The position numbers were made by a program, and so were the translations under genes. Shown in pieces: positions 1 to 23,456 of a stretch of 64,000 nucleotides of DNA. The stretch's first letter is position 1; every line of letters begins with the position of its first letter. The notes below the pieces were generated by a model. It saw only the letters and a program-made list of their open reading frames with translations. It did no database searches and was not told the DNA's origin. The stretch is taken from the NCBI GenBank assembly GCA_040954595.2, contig CM082584.2, positions 12,492,875-12,556,874 of the forward strand. The letters are read 5' to 3'. The stretch comes from Balanoglossus misakiensis. Its lineage: Eukaryota; Animalia; Hemichordata.

Positions 1-746
1 CATCTGAAACTGATCTCTGCGCACAGCGACAGCAACAAGATGAATAACTTCAACTTGGCCGTTTGTTTTGGACCGGTCTTGATGTCACCGACACCAACCA
101 GTGACCGGGACTACCAGGCAGCTGTTGACTTTGAAAAGCACATTGAAGTTCTGCAGCATCTTCTAGATATCTGGCCAGAAAAAGAAGGTACTTGGGGGTT
201 TGAAATAAATGTTTTATGCAGGAAGGAAGTGTTAAGTGCAGAGCATTGGGAAAGTCACTGTGGTTTATGAGTGACCCACTTATATTTGACCTCGGTTATA
301 AATATTGCACAGTATTTGCACAGAGATTGTACCATTGTCAGAGTGGGGCCACTGTGACATACATATGAGATCATTAGGGATGGGTAGTGGTTAGGTATCT
401 TCTAATTTCTGGGAAGTGCCTAGGATATTCTTGAAATCAACCTTCATGGGGTAAATTTTATTGGGTTTAATTGTGCTCTCTGTGAGATTTCAAAACAGGA
501 GCACAATGGAAAATTAAATTTTGGGCTGAAAACACACACACACTATATTATACTGTCTCATTCTTTTTTTGAATAGAGCGTGTGGCAATCAAAACAAGAC
601 TCACAGAGAAGTCAGTGAAGAATAAAAATGGAAGCCAAGAAGATGATAGCTGTTACCATAGCATAGACGATCTAGACGATGCACCAACCACTGCCAAAGC
701 TGAAGAGAACTGGGATTCAGAAAATTTAGAAGTGTCTGCCTGCTAA
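1..746 (+). CDS. SYDE1: 3' end of a SYDE1/SYDE2 (syd-1/RhoGAP100F)-like Rho GTPase-activating protein; last two exons <1-187 and 577-746
   Basis: Frame 1 reads HLKLISAHSDSNKMNNFNLAVCFGPVLM...AVDFEKHIEVLQHLLDIWP: the RhoGAP C-terminal motif plus the SYDE-type 'AVDFxxHIEVLxxLL' segment. GT donor at 188 and AG acceptor at 575-576 are phase-compatible; ends ...LEVSAC-TAA at 746. Probably the pro-orthologue of both vertebrate paralogues. Confidence 0.85.
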
Positions 747-748
747 TG

Positions 749-960
749 GTTGCCTAGCAACTGTATCCATGGCTACACTGCCTCCCTGAAATTGGATACA
801 TCGTATCCTTGGACGTAGCAGAAATGGTCACCCAGTGGCTGTTTCTGTGGGTCTTGTGATTGGTTTACATGGTATCCATGGATGCAGAAGTCATGATTAC
901 CTAGTGACAGTTTCCATGGATACTGCACATTTGATAACCTTGAAGTGTATCCATGGAAAC
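749..960. promoter_or_regulatory. Cluster of RFX X-box-like palindromes just after the RhoGAP stop codon
   Basis: GTTGCCTAGCAAC (749-761), GTATCCATGGCTAC (763-776), GTATCCATGGATGC (872-885), GTTTCCATGGATAC (910-923), GTATCCATGGAAAC (947-960). Confidence 0.5.
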
Positions 961-3328
961 AGCAAAAGTAACATTGTCCACTGTAAGGGCATTGAATGAA
1001 ATGAAAACAAACCCAGAGAGATTACCTTTCCACGTCTCAAAGGTAATTGATTTTAAATAGCAGACTAAAAAATGAAATCATTTCACATTCCCAACCTCTG
1101 GTAAACTATTTTGCACAGAGGTATTACAGTGTCTTTTCTCTTCAGTTCTATGTTATGTTGTTATGAGACACGAAATTGAAAATCTACTGATGATTCATAT
1201 CTGTAACTGCACCAACGTTCACGATTTTGATATTAAAAACCCAAATATACATTCTGCCATTTTTCGCACATTTGTGGGAACGGTAACAATGAATTCCTGC
1301 ATTTTTGAGCTTTACCGTGTATTTAATATGCCATCCATAACCAGACTGAATGCCCGGTTATTCTTAGAATTTTATGAATTCACCGACAGATACCACACAC
1401 GGAGATAGTGGTCAGGTGACTAGTGCCATCTAGAGACGAGAGAGAGATTAGTGCACAATTTGAAGCAGCTCTGCCACTGAGGGCAGTAGAAAGCTGGAGA
1501 GTCACAACATAAGTGTAAATTAATATAATATTTCCTAATTTATTAATGCTTGCTACTTATTGAAAAATCAAATGTCAGTTATGATTGTAATTTGTAGTGT
1601 TTTTGACGATGAAGGTTTGTCTTGAGTATTTGAACAAAGTAGGGATTTTAACTTTGGGAGTGATTGTGCTATGATCAAAACAATGTGAACAAATGTGTGT
1701 ATTGTGATTATGTGGGTGCGAGTTTGTGGAATTTCTTTGATCTGTACATACTATTAATGAACAATTAAGTGTGCAAATATTTCCAGTTTTAAAGATTAAG
1801 TCACGTGGTGGTTTGACACCTCTCTTGCATATATTGCAAACATTTCATTGTATAGCTTAGAAACCAACATGAAGTGTAGTCAATCGTAATGTCAAATGCA
1901 TCCTTCAAGGCAATATTTTACAAAGTTTTTTTTTTAATTTTTAATTTTTGAGTGAAGGTGCCAATTTGTCATTTTTCCCTTCACAGGTCTTGTATCTTGT
2001 GTTGTTGCAGGCCAATCAGCTGGCAACATGGTGGTATCTGAAGAATAACTGGATCAGAATATCTGGGTTAATATCAGAAAGCTTACTGGCAAATTTCAAC
2101 ATTGCCTCTGAAAGTAAGAAAACTTCTGCCATATATGGCAGAGAAAACAGCACCATGTTATCAGTTGAAATGCAACTTCTGTAAAAATTTCAATTTATTA
2201 AAAGTTCCACTGTTGCTTCCATGTTTTACCTCCCTGCTTTAAATAGGCAGCTGTGAGGGTCGGTACTTTTCTTTTCATGTGTACAGATTTATAATTTCCA
2301 GAAAGACTTTTTTGTGGCTTCAATTCATTATGAAGTCATCCCTTACTTGCCTGTCATGTGATAGTGAAAAGACTTGTACATATCATTCAGGAAAAAAAAG
2401 AAAAAAAAATGAGGGGCAAAAATCAACAAATTGACTTACTTTTGTCTTCAAAGAAACGTTGAACCTTGTGAATTTTGTGTGCAATTTTGTGGCGTCCTAG
2501 CTATTGAAAGAAGATTACCTACAGCTTTGTATATGTGTATGTGTGCTGCCATTTTGTTTTTATTTTGTGAAAGCTACACAACCTGGAAAACAGTAACCCC
2601 TGCTGAATGTTGTCAGAAAACACCGAAAAAAGCTCTCTCAAATCTTTAAGTTGTAGTCAGGGTAGGTCTTGGTGACGCCCCTTCCAAAATTGAATGACAA
2701 TTCTGCTTCTTTGAGCAAGTCGAACAAAATAACCAGGCAGGGGTCATGAAAGTGGCCTACAGGAAATTCTCAGCTGAAATTGGACAACTGCTTTGGAATC
2801 TCATACCAAATAGATTTTGAGGGAAGTTGTGTTTAGGATTAACGTGTGCTTCAGTTGATTTTCGTTACAGAGATCATCAAACAGCCAATGAGAACAAATA
2901 CAGTTGCATGGTCACCTTTATGAAGAACAAGTTTAGGGTCTTCTTGAGAGGTAAGACGATCCTCATCCCCAAAGCCTTGGACATAGTCTATCTGTATGGC
3001 TTGGGAAGTCAACCAGAGAATGTCTCTATCCCCCAGTCACAATTTATGTAATTACAATTTTCAGATGTTGCAGGGTTTTTTCTTCAGTTGTGTAGCTTTC
3101 ATACTTTTCAACGTGCAATATTTGATCTGATGTCAAAGTTACAAGAGCTGCGCTGAAGCTCAGAAAGTACTACGTGGCTTGTCAGTTGTTCAATTTTTTT
3201 AATTTTTCAATGAGAAAAAAAATGAATGAAACAAGAATTCAAAGTGATATATTAACTAAATTACCATACTTAATGTTTACAATCCAAAGATGTTAACTGT
3301 GCAGAAATGTACTTCAACAATTTGCATT

Positions 3329-3365
3329 TTTATTTCATGTTCAATCCACTTGGAAATTTAATAAA
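3329..3365. terminator. Crossed polyadenylation signals of the convergent FANCC (-) and RhoGAP (+) transcripts
   Basis: TTTATT at 3329-3334 (AATAAA on - strand, ~210 nt past the FANCC stop); AATAAA at 3360-3365 on + strand followed by GT-rich sequence. Confidence 0.4.
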
Positions 3366-3545
3366 GATGCTGTGGCTGTGTACATTTTGTGCCTTGTCAT
3401 TACTATTCGTGTACACGAAATGTGTTGTGTCACAGTGGTTGTGCACAGTTTGTGCTCTGTCATCAGTGTCCAAAAATATGGTAGAACTTTGTATGTGTCA
3501 TCCGTTGCTTCCAGTGAAGTAATAATGGCATAGTTTCAGCTGATG

Positions 3546-6500
3546 TCACCTCTTTAGGGATGATATGAAGTTATTACATCTGATAATCAGCTGATCAGTT
3601 TTTGTCATGTCTCCATCCATTGGTGAAGCAGGCCTCTGGTGCTCATGAATGCATTGGTCCCTCAGTCTTGTAATGACATCGGAAAGCACTCGATGCTTCG
3701 AAGCTCCCAGCTGCTGAAAGCGGACACTCCCCGAGACGTCAAGGAAAACTTCAAGCAAGTCCACAAAGTTGTAAAGGGTTGTGGTGGAGCTGTCTGCTGG
3801 AAAAGCCTGCATGGAACAGAGTAGACATTGGGGCAGAAGGGAGAGAGGAAGAGAGAGAGAATGGTTATCAAAACGTTCACTTTGGACTGTTTTACGCATC
3901 AGCCATGTCATGATCTGTTCAGAAGACGCACAAGTCGCACTGATTTTGGTACATGTACTTACCATGTTAAGAATATCCATGGCAATAAGGTGACCACCTG
4001 ACGACTTCAACAGGAACAGAACTAAGAGAGGTGTCCTGATATGTGTGAACTGACTGGAATGAGAATCCCCACTGGCCGACAGAGCATACTGCAGATCATG
4101 TGACTTCAAGTACACTTTTGATTGGAGGATTCGAAGAGGAGTGATGATGTCTTTCAAGGTAGCCTGTTAAAAGATGAAGCAAATACAAAGTTGATGAATG
4201 CCTTGAGATGGGTTAAAACTGCAAATTGACTGACTATATTCACCAACATAAGTTATTATATGTACCTTAATATTGTCTTGGTGTGCTGACTCTGATATTG
4301 GATCAGTATACCAACAAAGAAAAGTCAGTGTAGCATCCAGTTCCAGCTCTGGAATCAATGCAAGCTCGATGGCTTTGTAAAACCATGCCTCAAATTGGAC
4401 CAGCATCCACCATATTTCCAGCATATCCACTCTTGTCTTCAATGTGCTAATTATTGCACATATTGACTGGATCTGCATATGGCTGGCTGCATTGGATAAT
4501 CCTGCAGTGCATTAGCAAAGATAACATTTCACCATAAATAATTCAGTGAGCAATTTTACGTTGCAAGTCTGCTAGTCTTTTCAAATACCAAAATCAAACT
4601 CTAAAATACAAACCTTTTGGTTGTACTTGTATGAGTTGTGCCAGAGGTCTTAGGTTTCTTGAATACAAACTACATACTTCTACAACTGGCTGAAAATCAA
4701 ACACATGGAATCAGCTGTTTGGTGAACACATTGGCTGAATTAAAGAGACTACAAGAATAATTCATGTCAATTCTACTAAATGAAGATTCCACACCTTATA
4801 CTAAAATACACATACACACAGAGAGAAACCTACCTCATTGTGATCACATGACACAGCTTCCAGAATTGCAACGTTGAACAGGCTGATGAGTTTCAAAACA
4901 TCCACATTACCATGGCAACTCACAAGGATCGATTTCAACATGGCAGTGACAGCAATGTGGATGGCTGGGTTGTCAACACACGCTTGTGGCTGGTGAAGGA
5001 CCATATTGCACTTCGGTTAAAGGTAAAAACTAGCTCTATTTGCATATTCCTTATCAGATATTGATCGTTATTGTCTGATGTGGTTGATTCATTGAACAAA
5101 GATCTTACCAAGTTTCTGGACTGAATGATTGACACAGCTTCTTTTCTGCTACACCATGGTTTATGTAATATTGTCACTTCCACTAAAATTTGTACTTCCT
5201 GTTCCAAAGCTGGCAAATACCGTGACCATAGCTGTAGTCTTCCTCGGTATGATAAATCTAATCCTTGAAAAGAAAATTAGTTGATAGTATAATTATATCC
5301 ATGCCAAGGGCTCCGTCACTGTCTGCCCTGGCGAGGGGCGCCCCATATGCACACGAAGGGTATAGGGGTGTGTGAAACTGAAAGATAAAAAGCACACCCC
5401 TTCATGCAAAAATGACCTTACCACATGTTTCTTTGAAATAGGCATCTTTCTGTAGCTGAGTAACCTTCTCCAAGAAGGACGCTGAGAGCTCTTCTGTGAT
5501 TGATGCAGAGTGACAGGCCAGGAGACTCTCGACCAATGGCAGTGCTTGTGGTATGTGCAGCAGTGGGAGACACATCTCAGAAACATCATGAAGGCTTGTA
5601 TCAGTTGAAGTGTTGGGTGCATCATGGGAGTTGGTAGTGTCTGTACCAGTGGCACCAGATCTGACCGGTATCAGAGAACTGAAAAAATAACAACTAGCAT
5701 CATTTATCATTTATATGACAAAGAGATGAAGATTAGCTCACTCAGTGGCTCCACTGTGTAAACGTGCTTGTGAGAGTGCTTACTTTGTCTTTGAGCTCCA
5801 TCTTCTGCAACACATTCTATCCAGGTCCTTCTGAATGGCATCTATGAACTGATCAGATAGTCCTTATCATGAGGGTGCAGTGGTAAAGAGTGACAATATT
5901 GCAATATACCAAGGTACCACTTACTAGAAGTATCATCACTGGGCAAATAGTTAATACCCACCTTATTAATTGCTGTTTGGTTGAATTCATGTGGTAAAAC
6001 TCCTGTCATCTCTGTCACAGTCTTGAAGGGTTTTTCTGATGGCACATAACCTGCAGTGTTCTTGATCTGAGACTGAAAAAAACAAATTCGCCTGTCTTGA
6101 ATCTTTTTGATTACCACAACCCTGGTTGTAAAAGAATGTACTTGGAAAAACTTCTGAGAATACAGTTGTTTCACAGATGTAAACTTACATGGGCCCATCT
6201 TCTTGCTTTTTCTTCAAGCTCATCCCTGGGATTCTCTGGTGCAAGTACAAGTATGCACTTCAGCAGATTTCTATAGGTACTTTCTGTAAAAGATAAATGG
6301 AAGGGGTCATCGCGCCGCTTGGGTGTCCCCCTTGATGAGAATATGTCCTCCCCACGGTTACTATAGTAACCGTGGTCCTCCCATAGTGTAGGTCACAGGT
6401 GATGATCCCCCGCCCCCCCCCCCCTGAAATAGATTAATGTATTTCACTCCAGGGTCTATGATCTGACACACAATGACCTTATTTATAATATTTATGTGCT

Positions 6501-6903
6501 TTACCTGTAAGTAGCACAACATTATTACAACAGAGTCTGCCAAGCAGTTGACCAATATTTGGAAGAGATTTTACAGCAATGTGGGTATCGTGCTGAATGA
6601 ATGGAAAAAAGAAAGGAAAATATTGAGTAAAGTTAACATTATTCTAGAGATCAGATAAAATATAAGTACAAATCTATTCCTGATGCCCGAGATCATTGAT
6701 TTTTTATATGTACTTACCCACTTACAAAGTACATCATGTAAGCGGTGTAAAAAGTCATCAAGTTTCGGTATGTTTTCAAATGTTTCCCGGGTTGTTTGGC
6801 CATCGTCTGCTGGGCCCCAAATTTTCACAAGATTCAGCCAATCATCAACTTCAGCGCACAGCCTGTCATCTGTTTCCGCATTCTCCGCCAGGTGTTCGGA
6901 CAT
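3546..6903 (-). CDS. FANCC: Fanconi anemia group C protein homolog, multi-exon (about 10-11 exons; e.g. 6903-6718, 6592-6505, ~6283-6189, ~5677-5420, ~5004-4834, ~4502-4267, ~4163-3546)
   Basis: Collinear blocks against recalled human FANCC: LPNIGQLLGRLCCN (FPTIGQLLAKACWN); VSEMCLPLLHIPQALPLVESLLACH ([25 protein letters not shown]); PQACVDNPAIH (LPQAACHPAIF); EIWWMLVQFEAW (ESWFLFIHFGGW); LLVLFLLKSSGGHLIAMDILNM ([23 protein letters not shown]). GT-AG sites checked in phase for the first exons. Confidence 0.88.
6352..6375. repeat. Perfect 24-bp palindrome in a FANCC intron, centred on an X-box-like GTTACTATAGTAAC
   Basis: CCACGGTTACTA|TAGTAACCGTGG, flanked by GTCCTCCC direct repeats. Confidence 0.85.
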
Positions 6904-7349
6904 TGTTTACAACAGGTGAAACATACTAGTAGAAATCTGTCTTTATTTGTATATTTACATCATTATGCATGCTAATGAACTCAGTCCTTCCGCATATGAG
7001 AAGTGTGACCCTTTGTGCCCTTTTGCCTCGTTCTCACAAGTCGAAACCATTTTCTATAGGGATGACTGACTTTGTAAAATACTTTTATTTCACCTGGTTA
7101 TGAATGATTTCACTGATAAGAAAGAGTAACAGATATTGTAAATTGTATATTCTGTTTTACTGTATTTTAATCAATTTAAGTTTTCTTCAAGCGACGAAAT
7201 CCTCCTGGCAATATTCTGTCCACCCCACCGCAACGTTGTACCATTCGTGATTCGGGATCTTTCGTTTTTTTCCACAAGCAACCAATATGGCCGCCTTTGT
7301 GTGAAGCCAGAGGCAGAGGGACGAGGAAAATTTTCACCCCAAAACTACG
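6904..7349. promoter_or_regulatory. Putative bidirectional promoter FANCC/SMARCA with the first non-coding exon of SMARCA
   Basis: Divergent genes; locally CpG-richer sequence at 7190-7700; YY1-type CAATATGGCCGCC at 7283-7295 followed by a candidate donor CG|GTATAG at 7350. Confidence 0.55.
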
Positions 7350-8000
7350 GTATAGTCTTAAATTTGTGTTAATTCTTTCATCGTTTTAATGTGATGTTTG
7401 CTTTTTATCACACTGGTACTGGTTTTTAGGTTCATATGGATATATTTTGGCAAAAAAGTATACGTTGGTTCTTGTCGGTTTCGTGGTGCTTTGTTCAGAC
7501 TTGGCGTTGAGTGTGTAGCTTTCCGCTGGGGCGTAAAGGCTCGATTTTATTGTTTTGAAAAGTCACTTCAGAAATCAACGCACGTGGGACATTGTGAAAT
7601 ATCGTAAACATGGGGGCGCCGACGCTATGAACGTGGTAATACGTCCGTCTCCTATCTAATGTAATGAAAATCGTCAACATTACATTCGCACAGTAAACCG
7701 CATATTTGCTCACGCGAATCAAACACAAGTAATATACACATTTGCCTGTATTCTTTTTGCAGTTTTTACTCAAAATCCATAGTCCTATTTCAGAATCTGT
7801 GGGTTTCAATTTGTGTTTTTAACATGTATGTGTGTTTTTGTTGGTTTTAGTTTGTGATTTATTGCCTCGACATTCAACGAAAGGGTTTATTCTGGTGGAC
7901 AAATCCTCAAGGACACCGGTCAATTGCTTTGGCCTAAATAAGAAGTGAAATGGAAACTAGCTGACTTTGATTTTCATTGTTTGCTTATCAGGATATCATT

Positions 8001-19524
<11,524 letters not shown>

Positions 19525-20771
19525 ATTTGATTTCAAAAAGATACATCATGCACCTTTGTCAAAATGATTTTAGGTGTCTCGTCTATTTATACTTTTTAGA
19601 TACATTGGATATTCTGAGGTCTGAGATATTTCTGTAATGATATAGATTTTGATTATAGTACCAATGCAATATCAGCAGATTTCTGTATGTGTCAGACCAG
19701 ATTGTCAATTTATTTGGTGTGAGCACAAAGGGTTTACTGAGGACGAAATGTCTTCAGTGAAGACTGTCAGTTTACAGTATTTGATTCAAAAGAGAATTCT
19801 GTGTATGTGTGCATATGTGTTCAGTAGAGTATATCATGTAGTAGTTTGTAAGTCCCTTCAGAGTTTACCATAGAGAATTATATTAAAGGCAGACTTTCAT
19901 ACCCAGGGCACTCAATCCAAGGAACAGTTCACTCTGGAGGATTATTAGCAGGATGTATTGCTTGATTGCATGAAGGATATTGTGTTATAGCTGTAGTGAA
20001 TCTTGGAAGCAAAGGTTACTGGGGTCCACTTTGTACATTTTACTGACCGTGAATTTACCATTTGTGCAGTTTGCACACATTCGTAGATGGGCTTGTGATT
20101 GGCTGTGTGAATACAGAGGAAACATTGAATTTCAAGGGATGCTGGTGTCATGCACTCTTAGTTCATACAGGAGCATGTCAGAATGTAACACTAGATCCAG
20201 AGAGTGCATTCATAAGAAGAGAAAGACTACCAAGTTAATATAAAATAATTTATTCACTGCTTGGTACAGATGCTTTTGATGTGTTTTCAGAGAGTGAGAA
20301 TGCACCAAGCCTGTGTCCTCATGTCAGATATTTGTCTGATTTTAAAATTAATTTTGCACATGCTGCCTTGTATTTTCAAAACTAGAGGATGTTATATAAT
20401 CAAGTTTTATACACCCACGATGCGCCATAATTTGCCGCTGGGTTTGTAGCTGTGAAGGGTAACTGATCACTCTGCAGATTGAAATTTCTCTAATATTACA
20501 CGTACATTGCTACTGTACTTGACCTTTGCATCTAGATGGGGGGGGGGGGGGGACTGTTCTCAGCATAGGGGCTACTTCTGTGCATATCCTGCAGGGAAGA
20601 GACACTTGATTCGAAGTTGTGTGATAGAGATGCGAGTTGACCAGAGTGGAGCATCATCAGAGTAGGGTCTTGCACGACACAGAACAGAGAGAATGATTTG
20701 GAAGGGCGGAAGTATTTTGACTCAATGTATGATAGGAGAAACTGAGCATCAATCAAGTGCAAACTATGTTA

Positions 20772-20777
20772 AATAAA
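20772..20777 (+). terminator. Likely SMARCA polyadenylation signal
   Basis: AATAAA followed ~15-35 nt later by a GT/T-rich tract, 1.25 kb after the stop. Confidence 0.5.
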
Positions 20778-22424
20778 GTGCTTCAACAGCTATTGTCTTG
20801 TCTTTGTTAGTATCTGTTGATAAGTATCTTAAAACATAAGATTCTTGTTTTGCGCTTTATGGCCAATATAGCATTTTTTAAACTCCACGAGACTTCAATA
20901 AACGGCGCAAAAGTTACAATTTTTGTTCAACTCTGCACTTACTACGGTATTAAGCCAAGTCCCGCGAGATCTCGCACTGAACGGAACATCGTCAACCAAA
21001 GGCACTCAATATGCGAACGAAACAAAACGAGTGTATTTATTAACAATGATAAATGATAAATCTGCATATATTCTAGTCTAATACGACATGAATTACGAGT
21101 GGTGTTCAATGTCTGAACCGTGACGATTGCACAACACGATCCGACTTACAACACGTCAACAACACCTGGCGTACTGAGGCTTTAAACATGCATGGCCAAT
21201 CGTGAAGCACACACTGGCTAATGTGTACAGCTGTATACAGAGGTTTTCTTGGTTGGGGGAGTGACCACGTTTAATGTAATAGCTTCACCAGGTGCTTTCA
21301 CACATTTAGTACGTGCCACTTCATTCGCGGCATCGCTTTCACGGTGGAAGCATGTTGGTGATGGCGGCGTTTTCTTTGCCCAAAACACGTGAAGCGGTGA
21401 AGCAGAAAAAACACGAAGAGGTCGACGAGGAAGACTGGTTGTTCTAGGATTTAGGAAGAGCTTCTTGGGGAAAATGTGCATGACTACCGAAAGAAACTGT
21501 CATTTCTTCAGGAAGACCGATCAATCAAGTAAGCACACCCCACACTCCCATGTTACAGGGCATGATTACAGTTTAATATTCCTCAGAACAAGATGGCATC
21601 CCCGACACATGTAAAACCTCTTGACAAATTCATTCGTCACATCTTGTTCTTGGGAAAATTAAATTGCAATCGTTACTTGGAGGTTAGTGTAAAAATTCAA
21701 GCCCCATGAGCTGTAACTCGTTATTTATCTCATCAAAACTTATAATAAGACTTGTATATACTTCATTGGATAGATGTTTGTCATCGACGTACGTCATCGT
21801 GCGTGACAACCACGCGGATTTACCGGATTCTGTTTGAATACCCGGACTACTTTCATGGAACGGAGCTGCAAGGCCCACCGTAGATCTGTAAAGGAGGGGA
21901 ATCTTGCCCACAGCCATTCTCCGTACAGAGATTGTATCTAACCTAGCTAAGGGGGGGGGGGGGGGGGGGACTTGCCGCACGAGTCTTCATGTGGTTCAAA
22001 GCAGGTGTATTTTCTGACAGCTAAATAGAACATTCTACCGTTTAGGATACCAAGAGCGATTCGTGGAAACTTAACGCTCTAATGATCAGAGTAATAATTC
22101 AAAGACTTCAAAGTAAAAATTAGACACTTTCATGCATGACCACAGCGAATTTACCATCGAACTGAAATAGCAATATACTATAGGGGGAGTCGCTCGGTTG
22201 GAGTGATGAGTTGGCACCAGCGAATCGATGTGTCTCTAATGCGTCAGGTGTTATACATACCCTGCCAAAATGGTATAGCCTTTCTCCACACGTTGCATAT
22301 TGCCCAATAAATTAAATGTTTCAGAAGCATAACGTCATTTGTGGACTAGGAAAGAACTTTGCAAAGGCACCAAGCAGACTAGCAACAGTATCAGAAAAAA
22401 ACTAGGAAAGTTATAACCGAAGCA

Positions 22425-23456
22425 ATGAACGGAACCTCGGTAGAAAACCGCGACTCTCCCAATCTGCCACAGCTGTGGATAACACAGTGGACGGGCGCCA
22501 TGGAGATCCTCTTCACCATCGCAACGCTCTTAGGCAACTTTCTGTTCATCGGCGCCGTTGTTGTCAAGAAAAAGTTGCGGACACTGGCCAACGCCTTTCT
22601 GGTCAACCTCAGCCTGACCGACATTTTCGCCGCTATCCTGGTGTCGTCCTTTTCAATCGATGCCTACTTTCGTCGCGGTTGGTACCTGGGACGCCAGTTG
22701 TGCATCGCTCACAATATTTTACACCCAGTTCTGCTCAGCATATCGTTATATCTGACTGCCTTCACTGCTCTCAACCGATACATCTTCATAGTTCATCACC
22801 AAATCTACCACCGCATCACCAACAAGGTCACGGTAACTTTGGCTCTGTTGTGCGCCTGGGCGTTTCCCTTCGCACTCCGCGCGCACGTTATAGCAAATAC
22901 ATCAAGGTATTCCCCTAGCGCTTTCCGGTGCCGAACTTCTGCCACTCAACTTGAGATTGCCCTGACTATGTACATCCCCAGCGTCATCACCATGGTGCTC
23001 TACAGCATGATCTTCATTTATGTGCGCCAAAGTCGCCGACGTATTCAGTCTTACCCTTCACAAAACAACGCGGGCACGCATCGGTCGCCTAAACCACAAG
23101 AAGTGCGAATGTTGAAGGTTCTTGTGATTGTCTTTCTTCTGGTCCTCATGGGGTATCTACCGTACGTGTTCGTCATCAACATATACACTGCATTGGGCGT
23201 ACGACCATCACCTGTACCATTCATTCTGCTGTACCCGTGCATACACATCGCAGGTGTGTTGAATCCTATTCTCTACGGAGGCAGCAACAAGAATTTTCGA
23301 GCGGCGTACAGACAACTTCTGACAGGAAAGTTGTTCTACGGAAACACGGGCAGCTCCACGGCGACGGCAACCACGGCAGCAGACGGCAATCCCCGCGGTC
23401 GCATATTTACGATCAATACTCTCCATCCACGTGTCACAGGTGTCGGCGCGATGTGA
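22425..23456 (+). CDS. Intronless class A (rhodopsin-like) GPCR, melatonin-receptor-like orphan, 343 aa
   Basis: Seven hydrophobic segments; GN (TM1), LVNLSLTD (TM2), TM3 Cys and NRY in place of DRY, ECL2 YSPSAFRC, NPILY and NKNFRAAY helix 8; N-terminal sequon NGT. Confidence 0.92.
   Translation: MNGTSVENRDSPNLPQLWITQWTGAMEILFTIATLLGNFLFIGAVVVKKKLRTLANAFLVNLSLTDIFAAILVSSFSIDAYFRRGWYLGRQLCIAHNILHPVLLSISLYLTAFTALNRYIFIVHHQIYHRITNKVTVTLALLCAWAFPFALRAHVIANTSRYSPSAFRCRTSATQLEIALTMYIPSVITMVLYSMIFIYVRQSRRRIQSYPSQNNAGTHRSPKPQEVRMLKVLVIVFLLVLMGYLPYVFVINIYTALGVRPSPVPFILLYPCIHIAGVLNPILYGGSNKNFRAAYRQLLTGKLFYGNTGSSTATATTAADGNPRGRIFTINTLHPRVTGVGAM

Noticed and set aside
1163-3522. Short ORFs between the RhoGAP and FANCC
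   Set aside because: AT-rich UTR-like sequence with no recognisable homology or splice support.
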